DNA from: Dehalococcoidia bacterium
GTDB taxonomy: Bacteria; Chloroflexota; Dehalococcoidia; Lucifugimonadales; UBA3495
Length of the DNA: 64,000 nt
NCBI GenBank assembly: GCA_965261885.1
Contig: CBDHDY010000039.1
Coordinates: 10,802-74,801, forward strand
Reading direction: 5' to 3'
In this document: positions 58,901 to 64,000 of the stretch, piece after piece
Position numbering within the stretch: position 1 is the first letter of the stretch
Layout of the letters: every line of letters begins with the position of its first letter
Notes under the pieces: model-generated
What the model was told of the DNA's origin: nothing
Database searches by the model: none
What the model saw: only the letters and a program-made list of their open reading frames with translations
Made by a program: the position numbers and the translations under genes

Positions 58901-59215
58901 TTGGAAGTCAGAGGTAGCGCCACCTTCGGCCAGCGCCTGTACTCCGGCGCTGGCCGAGTTGCCCACAGTGAAGAACGAGAAATCGCACTTGTGAGCGACG
59001 ACGATCGTCTCGCCGAATCCCGCGCCGGCCGGGACTGAAACGCCCGACGCGAGGACCGGCGTGTCGAATTTGCCCTGGATTTGTGTCTTGAACTTCCGCT
59101 GCTCCGAGGGGCTGCCGGCGTCTGCGGTGCCAGCCGCGCCGGCGAGCACAGCGAGGACCATCAGCATGGTCGCGACTACGATGGTTGGCAATCTCAAGGC
59201 AATATTCGTCTTCAA
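55943..59215 (-). CDS. Large secreted surface protein: Spondin_N-like + FN3 + Calx-beta + two cadherin-like beta-sandwich domains
   Basis: Signal peptide; INPTSDWFAGV...DLFPFDAGT (spondin_N); IIVTW...YHVMW...YDVQVIAYN (FN3); FTVSLS...VTVEYSTAD...DY...LTFAASETEKTVTI (Calx-beta); DATLS.LT...FS...YTA.V...VTAEDG...YQITVTR x2. Confidence 0.82.
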   Translation of the reverse strand: MKTNIALRLPTIVVATMLMVLAVLAGAAGTADAGSPSEQRKFKTQIQGKFDTPVLASGVSVPAGAGFGETIVVAHKCDFSFFTVGNSASAGVQALAEGGATSDFQAEVTAAVAAGNAQASWTIGAPNSPTGNKNGPNSVPVEDEFSCLTVLVKINPTSDWFAGVSAHDLRSGGTWPTPGNNNSIFIDLFPFDAGTLDGTEFATSTTATSPQGTIASLRNSGKFSNNRIARLKLQLKNPALTRDVAAVEAIESIIVTWREVAAAGGYHVMWKSGAEAYDTDGSFGRRHDVVDGKTRTHTITGLTGGVVYDVQVIAYNEAGQSTQEPTSVSRDRATPISAATADNTVLVGNATQRYPSTEQLGMGSQFKARAQAFTTGSESALLGSVTLPEFRKRSNNALIDVHIYSASGIDPAAKLHTLTRPDFSSLGNGVGSELTFNAAAGAPITLAANTTYFAYAELIQGEVSLLHTKDDDEDPDSDEGWSMADRCRAVYSNTLSTTPCASALGGFTAALVMVLNSPLAAGTPTLSIEGSEAVEGTGVQFTVSLSSALAEEVTVEYSTADDSATTADSDYTAVSNATLTFAASETEKTVTIDTTADSTDEDDESFTVELSNPSENAQLGYVTSASGLIINNDQTPQTDATLSSITLTGSDGATIALTPAFNEYKFLYTATANRELDSLTGVATPSTSGTVESIVYVGGDEDTDSTAYDAAWPLVPGDNLVKFMVTSPDGSRIKIYKIHVEKDASTDATLSDLTIVDANGTAITPSPAFSSATTEYTASVGAAVTSVTLTGTKSYGGAEVSGVTLAGTAITDDDFTDGITVPSLVAGDNLVEVTVTAEDGTTVLIYQITVTRAAGWSATLTVGVDNSYVPPLTGYTLWGTDIGGVSEQSFVVDGSWYRVVGIIHFAGGLYLNVSREHPGDFTLTIGDQEFVASESLKPATAAAGRYWWAVDDMGWADGDSLDVSIVPVAGSESLPERSSPPPAGYFMNIPGSHNGVDRFTVGLKFTEDVPLSFRTLRDHALSATNGAITKAKRVTQGSDRAWNITVRPDSAAEIVVTLQPDPGCAADGSICTADGMELINSPAVTIAVQQ

Positions 59216-59761
59216 TATTCTCCCGATACGTACTTCCTACGAAGCAGGTTTCAATCGTGGTGTGCGTCGCCGTTGCATCCCGCGCCGCGGCAACGTACGC
59301 CGGCGATACCCTTTTCCTGTCAGAACAAGGCGTTTTTTTCAGCCATGCGCGGCCCAATAGCCACGGCAAAAGACTTTACGGCCTCAGCTGACGGAATGTA
59401 AGGTTCGATTTTCCCAAAATGGAGGCTGCTTTCGTACCCTTGCCAGCGGGTACTAATGCCCCCTTGACCGGCTCCGACTGCGCTGCCACATTGGGTTCTG
59501 CATTCATTGCCGCACGCACATAGAGATCATGAGATGTGTGGCAGATATCGCTACGGACCGACCGGTTACGGGCGGACGTTTATGGGACGACGTTCCAGAT
59601 TGCCGAGCCATGGCGCCGCGGTCCAGGTACTATCGTCATGACCGCCAGGCGCTTCTGCTTGTGGCAGACGAGGCGCCTTCTAGCTAGATTGCCCTGAGAT
59701 GCGCTGGAAGCGCCCGGTTGCAACTCTCGGGCGCCACATGGATTCACGCCTTGGAGATGAC

Positions 59762-61012
59762 ATGACACACGGGTCCCACCCCAGCCGGCTCCGGCGGGTA
59801 TTCGCGGAGGCGAGCCACGCCTTGCAGGGCAACGGCTGGACGCTCAGCCAGCTCGACCCGGACGGTCTGCGGTACGTGGCGACCATTTCGGTCAGGGCGC
59901 ACTGGCTTGTGATCGCCGTGCTGCTGTTTGAGGTGGCGTACCGGCCGTACACGTATTTCGGCGTTGTGAGGTACGTTCCGTTTCCGCTGCTGCTCCTGGC
60001 GCTGGCCGCGTTCAACGGGTACTTTCACCACCGTCTCCGGTCGGACCGGCCGATTGCCTGGCGTTGGCCGGTGGCTCTCTACGTGGTGGACGTGCTGGTG
60101 ATCACTGCCGTTCTGTCGTTGAGCACCGGCTTCGGCCACGGGTTCATCCACCTGTTCTACTATCCGGCGTTGGCCGGACTGGCGGTGCTGTTCACCTCCT
60201 TCCGGTTCAACATGCTCTGGGTGACGATTGTTTCCGTCGTCTATGTGGCGCTCAGCCTGAGCGTGGGGGATGGATTGGACATTGAGGCCAAGGACGAGAA
60301 GGCGCTCTTGGCCCGGGTGGTGATCATGTACGCGGTGGTTGCGGTGGTAAACCTGGCGACCAGGTTCGAGCGGATGCGGTGGCAGCGTGCGGTGGAGCGT
60401 GAGCGGGTGATGCAGAATGAGCGGGTCGAGCTGTCGCAGGCCATTCACGACACCGCGGCGCAGTCGGCGTACATGATCGGCATGGGCGTCAACGTCGCGA
60501 AGACGCTGGCCGACGGCTCAAACGCCGAGTTGACGACGACGCTCGATGCGACTTCCCGGCTTTGCCGGTCGCTCATATTGGAGCTGAGACACCCCATAAA
60601 CGTGGGCGGCATCTACGAGGGCCGGGAGCTGAACCGTTCGCTCGGGTTGCATGCTGCGAGCTTTACCAATGTGACGTTGGTGCCGGTCAACGTGACCCTG
60701 ACGGGAGTCGAGCCGCCGCTGTCCGTGGAGGTCAAGAGCGCGCTCTTCTCGGTAGCGCACAACGCGCTCACCAACGCGTACCGCCATGGGGAGGCGGGCA
60801 ACGTGGCCATTGAGCTGGAGTTCGCCCAGGATGTCGTGAGCCTGTCGGTGTCGGACGACGGGGTTGGGCTTCCCGATGATTACGCGGAGCGCGGCAACGG
60901 CTTCGCCAACATGAACCGTTTGGCCCAGCGGCTGGGCGGACATCTGGCCGTGGAACGGCGCGGCGCCATGGGCGGCGCGACCATCACGTGCGTGATACCG
61001 TGGGAGCGTTAG
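59762..61012 (+). CDS. Membrane sensor histidine kinase (HisKA_3/NarX-like)
   Basis: Multiple TM helices; QAIHDT phospho-His; NALTNAYRHG, SDDGVG, GFANM...LGG. Confidence 0.9.
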   Translation: MTHGSHPSRLRRVFAEASHALQGNGWTLSQLDPDGLRYVATISVRAHWLVIAVLLFEVAYRPYTYFGVVRYVPFPLLLLALAAFNGYFHHRLRSDRPIAWRWPVALYVVDVLVITAVLSLSTGFGHGFIHLFYYPALAGLAVLFTSFRFNMLWVTIVSVVYVALSLSVGDGLDIEAKDEKALLARVVIMYAVVAVVNLATRFERMRWQRAVERERVMQNERVELSQAIHDTAAQSAYMIGMGVNVAKTLADGSNAELTTTLDATSRLCRSLILELRHPINVGGIYEGRELNRSLGLHAASFTNVTLVPVNVTLTGVEPPLSVEVKSALFSVAHNALTNAYRHGEAGNVAIELEFAQDVVSLSVSDDGVGLPDDYAERGNGFANMNRLAQRLGGHLAVERRGAMGGATITCVIPWER

Positions 61013-61030
61013 GCAAGGAGGCAGACTGGG

Positions 61031-61702
61031 ATGACAACTGACGAGCGCATCAGGGTGATGGTCGTCGACGACCATGCAATAGTGAGGATCGGCCTGAAGC
61101 AGGTACTGGACTTGTCCGGCGAGTTCGAGGTGGTGGGTCAGGCCGCGGACGGCGAAGAGGCCGTCCGGATGGCGGCCGAAGTTTCGCCGGACCTGGTGTT
61201 GATGGACGTGATCATGCCGGGGAAAGATGGTGTGGAGGCGTGCCGGGAGATCATGGAGTCGTCCTCAGAGGTTCGTGTGGTGATGCTGACGGCATCGAAT
61301 GCGGAGGACGCCGTGGTGGAGTCGGTGGCCGCTGGCGCGTCTGGTTATCTGCTCAAGGAAACTGATATGGAGCAGTTGCTCTCGGCCCTGCGGAGCGCGG
61401 CTGTGGGCGACTTTCGTCTGCCCCCTGAAATGGTGAGAAAAGCGTTCACGGCGATACGCGGCGACGGAAGCGCGGGTGATGCGGCGGCTGAGGCCGGCCT
61501 GACGGACCGTGAGCGGGAGATACTCGTCCAGTTCGCCCGTGGCCTGACCTACGCCCAGATAGCGGAGGCGCGGGGAATCCGGCCGGTCACGGTCCGGAAC
61601 GCTGTCTACGGCATCCAGGGGAAACTGGGCCTGGAGAAGGTGCAGGGGTTGGTGTTCTGGGCGGTGCGCAACGGACTGTTGGACAACCATGCCAATGACT
61701 GA
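61031..61702 (+). CDS. NarL/LuxR family response regulator
   Basis: VVDDH, LVLMDVIMP, YLLK, LTDREREIL...GLTYAQIA...TVRN. Confidence 0.93.
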   Translation: MTTDERIRVMVVDDHAIVRIGLKQVLDLSGEFEVVGQAADGEEAVRMAAEVSPDLVLMDVIMPGKDGVEACREIMESSSEVRVVMLTASNAEDAVVESVAAGASGYLLKETDMEQLLSALRSAAVGDFRLPPEMVRKAFTAIRGDGSAGDAAAEAGLTDREREILVQFARGLTYAQIAEARGIRPVTVRNAVYGIQGKLGLEKVQGLVFWAVRNGLLDNHAND

Positions 61703-61925
61703 CGGACTGCCAATGACTGACGGACTGCACCGGCGCATCTGAACACGTCCACAGTGGGTATCCCTCAGTGGCCGACTTCTGGGCCGGGGTGACAGTCGTG
61801 GTGGTACCAAACGTGTTGCCGCTGGGCGGCCCCGCCAGAACGCGGCAGGTCAGGCGAAGCGCCGCGGCGGGTTACAATGGCGACGTCAATTCCCAGGTCC
61901 CGTCCCGTCCCAGGAGTCGCCGCCC

Positions 61926-62090
61926 ATGACCACCCCGCCCGAACCCGTCGAGATTTACTGCCTCAAGTGCAAGGCCCGCACCGGGTCCAAGGACATCGAG
62001 ATCGTCACCATGAAGAACGGCCGGCCCGCCTCCCGCTCCGTCTGCGTGGAGTGCGGCACCAAGAAGTTCCGCATCGGCGTTCTCCCCTGA
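61926..62090 (+). CDS. Small DUF5679-like Zn-ribbon protein (54 aa, absent from the ORF track)
   Basis: MTTPPEPVEIYCLKCKARTGSKDIEIVTMKNGRPASRSVCVECGTKKFRIG. Confidence 0.85.
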   Translation: MTTPPEPVEIYCLKCKARTGSKDIEIVTMKNGRPASRSVCVECGTKKFRIGVLP

Positions 62091-62142
62091 TGACCCACCG
62101 CGTCGCGCATCCCATCACGCACCGGCACATCCCTGGGACATC

Positions 62143-62574
62143 ATGGCGCTGGACCTGGGCCTGACCACCCGCCAGCTGCTGTCCGCCCTGGACGATGTGG
62201 CCCTGGCCAGCCAGACCCGCGCCCAGCGGCTCGCCGACACCCTGGAGCGCGGGCTCAACATATCCGCCGACGCGGCCGCCCGGCCCACCGCCGCGGTGGG
62301 CCGCCGTCCCTACCTCTCCGCCCGCACCGGCCCCGAGGGCCTGCTGGGCAGTCGCCCACCGCCGGACGTGCCCCAAGACTACACCGCGCTGTCCGTGGAC
62401 GGCTCCCACATCGACGTGGACCGCCACCTGCCCCTGCGCTGCCACCTCATCAACCTGGGCGGCTGCGTCATCACCTACGGCAAGGACTTCGGCTGCGAAA
62501 TGTTCAGCGAACCCGCCCTGGCCGTGGCCGACCAGGACCTCTACCTGCACAAACCCGATGACCCCTCCGAAGAG
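62143..62574 (+). pseudogene. nurA: NurA-family nuclease, 5' part, truncated by mini-Tn3
   Basis: ALSVDGSHIDVDRHLPLRCHLINLGG...Y...SEP.L is the NurA N-terminal motif. The frame runs into the IR at 62575. Confidence 0.75.
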
Positions 62575-63271
62575 CGGGTCGATTCCGGTAGGGGGCAGGA
62601 TCGTACGTTAAGGGGAATGGTGCCGGTTGAGTGTGCGATAGCAGGTTGGTCTTGAGACGGAGAGGAGCTCGGCGAGATCGCTGATGGAATACTCTCCCGT
62701 GGCATGCATGCGGCAGAGACCCCGCTGCTGTCTGTCGGACAGTTTGGGCTGCTTGCCGCGCAATTTCCCTCTGGCGCGGGCGATGGCCATGCCCTCGCGG
62801 GTACGCATTCGGATGAGATCGGCTTCGAAATCGGCGAAGGTGGCGAGGATATTGAAGAACATCTTTCCCATCTGATCGCCCTGGTCGTAGAGCGCCCGGC
62901 CGAGGGCCAGTTTCACGCCTCGTCCTCGAAGCTGGTCGGCGATGGTGCGCGCATCCGGAACCTACCGTCGAAGCGCCTGCATGTCCTCGAGCTCAGACGC
63001 GTTCCGAAACCCCTGACCGGATTGACCGGCAACAAAATCCGGGAGGACGTGATCGTGCGGAAGTGGCCGGAGATCCTGCGGATTGCTGCCACTCCGGCCA
63101 GCGGCGCCCTTCTACCGAGCCAGCTGCAGCAAAACCTCGCCGCCGATCCGCGCCAGCACGAACTGGCCGTCGTTCTCCGCGAAATCGGACGGTTAGAACG
63201 AACGCTCTTCGTGGCCAAAGCGCCGATAACGGCCTTAGCGTACGTTCCTGCCCCCTACCGGAGTCGACCCC
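62575..63271. mobile_element. Internally deleted mini Tn3-family element (~0.7 kb)
   Basis: 38-bp IRs at 62575-62612 and 63234-63271 (GGGGTCGACTCCGGTAGGGGGCAGGAACGTACGCTAAG). Contains a resolvase C-terminus (62608-62916, -) and a tnpA fragment (WPEILRIAA...RQHELAVVLREIGRLERTLF, +). Confidence 0.85.
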
Positions 63272-63372
63272 AACGTGTCTGTGATGCAACAGCCACTCCA
63301 GGACCTCCGAAGCGATGACAGTGTTGCTCAAGAGTTCGCCCCACTCATCGAAGCCCTTTTTCGCCCGCACTG
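63272..63372 (-). pseudogene. IstB fragment
   Basis: KGFDEWGELLSNTVIASEVLEWLLHH resembles the IstB C-terminal motif. Confidence 0.65.
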
Positions 63373-63640
63373 ACGCGCAGCCGAGGTTGAAGTGATGATC
63401 GACGAGTTCCCGCAGTCCAGGTGCTGGGCGAAGGTGGCCAGCGGGAGCAGGTTGGCATTGGCCACCAAGCGGTGGTCGTCAAAAACGATGCGCATGGTGC
63501 CGGGGTTGTTCTGTGGCATATCTATTGGAAACTCCTTTTTCCGGGCGGTTTTCTGTTCCAAAATCGTTATCCCGGATTCAAAGGAGCCCACTCTGGCCTA
63601 CTCAAGAGCTGTCCCCAAGGCTCTCCCTCGGTGGGTTCGG
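63373..63640 (-). pseudogene. IS1380 transposase 5' fragment and terminal sequence
   Basis: MRIVFDDHRLVANANLLPLATFAQHL, with a CCCGGATTC-type end at 63571. Confidence 0.65.
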
Positions 63641-63719
63641 GTAAGGCATAGCACTACAGTTGAACTGGCAATGCATTTACTGTAAGTTGCAGCCTCTCTG
63701 TTTGAAGGAAAAATAAAAT

Positions 63720-64000
63720 ATGCTCAATATCAACCTGCGTGCGGTGTTGCCCCGAAAGGCGACCAGCGCGCCTGTCATCCTGGCATCCCTGCTCCTCGTG
63801 GCTGTCGCCGTAGCCTGTTCCGACGGGACGCCCACAGAGGCGCCCGGCCCCTCCTCACCGCCGCCTGAGACCGCCGTTGCCTCTCCCGCAACACCCGAAC
63901 TGCCCCGCACGGTGGTTCCCGCTACCGCTGTGCTGCCACCCACCGCGATGACAACACCGGCGACTCCCACCGTCCCGGCTGTGACGCCTGTTCCTACGGA
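63720..64000 (+). CDS. Lipoprotein with Pro/Thr-rich linker (partial, runs off the window)
   Basis: Hydrophobic signal ending VAVAC, followed by a PT-rich segment. Confidence 0.65.
   Translation, partial: MLNINLRAVLPRKATSAPVILASLLLVAVAVACSDGTPTEAPGPSSPPPETAVASPATPELPRTVVPATAVLPPTAMTTPATPTVPAVTPVPT

Noticed and set aside
61691-61726. 18-bp tandem duplication over the response regulator stop
   Set aside because: Simple local slippage duplication that leaves the protein unchanged.
1-64000. CRISPR array, tRNA or rRNA genes
   Set aside because: No regularly spaced repeat-spacer run or RNA gene signature was seen. The recurring 25-60 bp motifs are IS/MITE termini.

Overview
GC-rich bacterial window. 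SDR, luciferase-like monooxygenase, DUF5679-NurA and a spondin/cadherin-like surface protein suggest Chloroflexota (Dehalococcoidia/SAR202-like), possibly a sponge symbiont; this is inference only. It has three zones. (1) 1-21.6 kb is an IS/MITE graveyard: IS5, two IS630 lineages with their MITEs, IS3, IS1182, IS481-like/ISNCY, IS110 and IS701 remnants, decayed duplicated lipoprotein genes, and only two clearly intact host genes. (2) 21.6-49.9 kb is an essentially intact ~28 kb defence island: an HTH-nuclease-STAND NLR/Avs-like gene divergent from a type III R-M gene run (res, vapC, mod, AlbA_2/Schlafen-like, RelE-like-UvrD), a DUF6361-like/PLD/SF2-helicase trio, an AlbA_2-HATPase plus orphan ParA pair, and HigB with a HigA-IrrE fusion. 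(3) 50-64 kb holds IS21, an LLM oxidoreductase, Tn3-end-disrupted hydrolase and nurA, a eukaryote-like adhesin and a two-component system. The best candidate for an undescribed system is the Res subunit, which carries an in-frame Phd/VapB-like antitoxin tail and is translationally coupled to a VapC toxin placed between res and mod. This could be an R-M complex guarded by RNase toxins. No CRISPR array, tRNA or rRNA was recognised. All family assignments come from reading motifs by eye, not from database searches.
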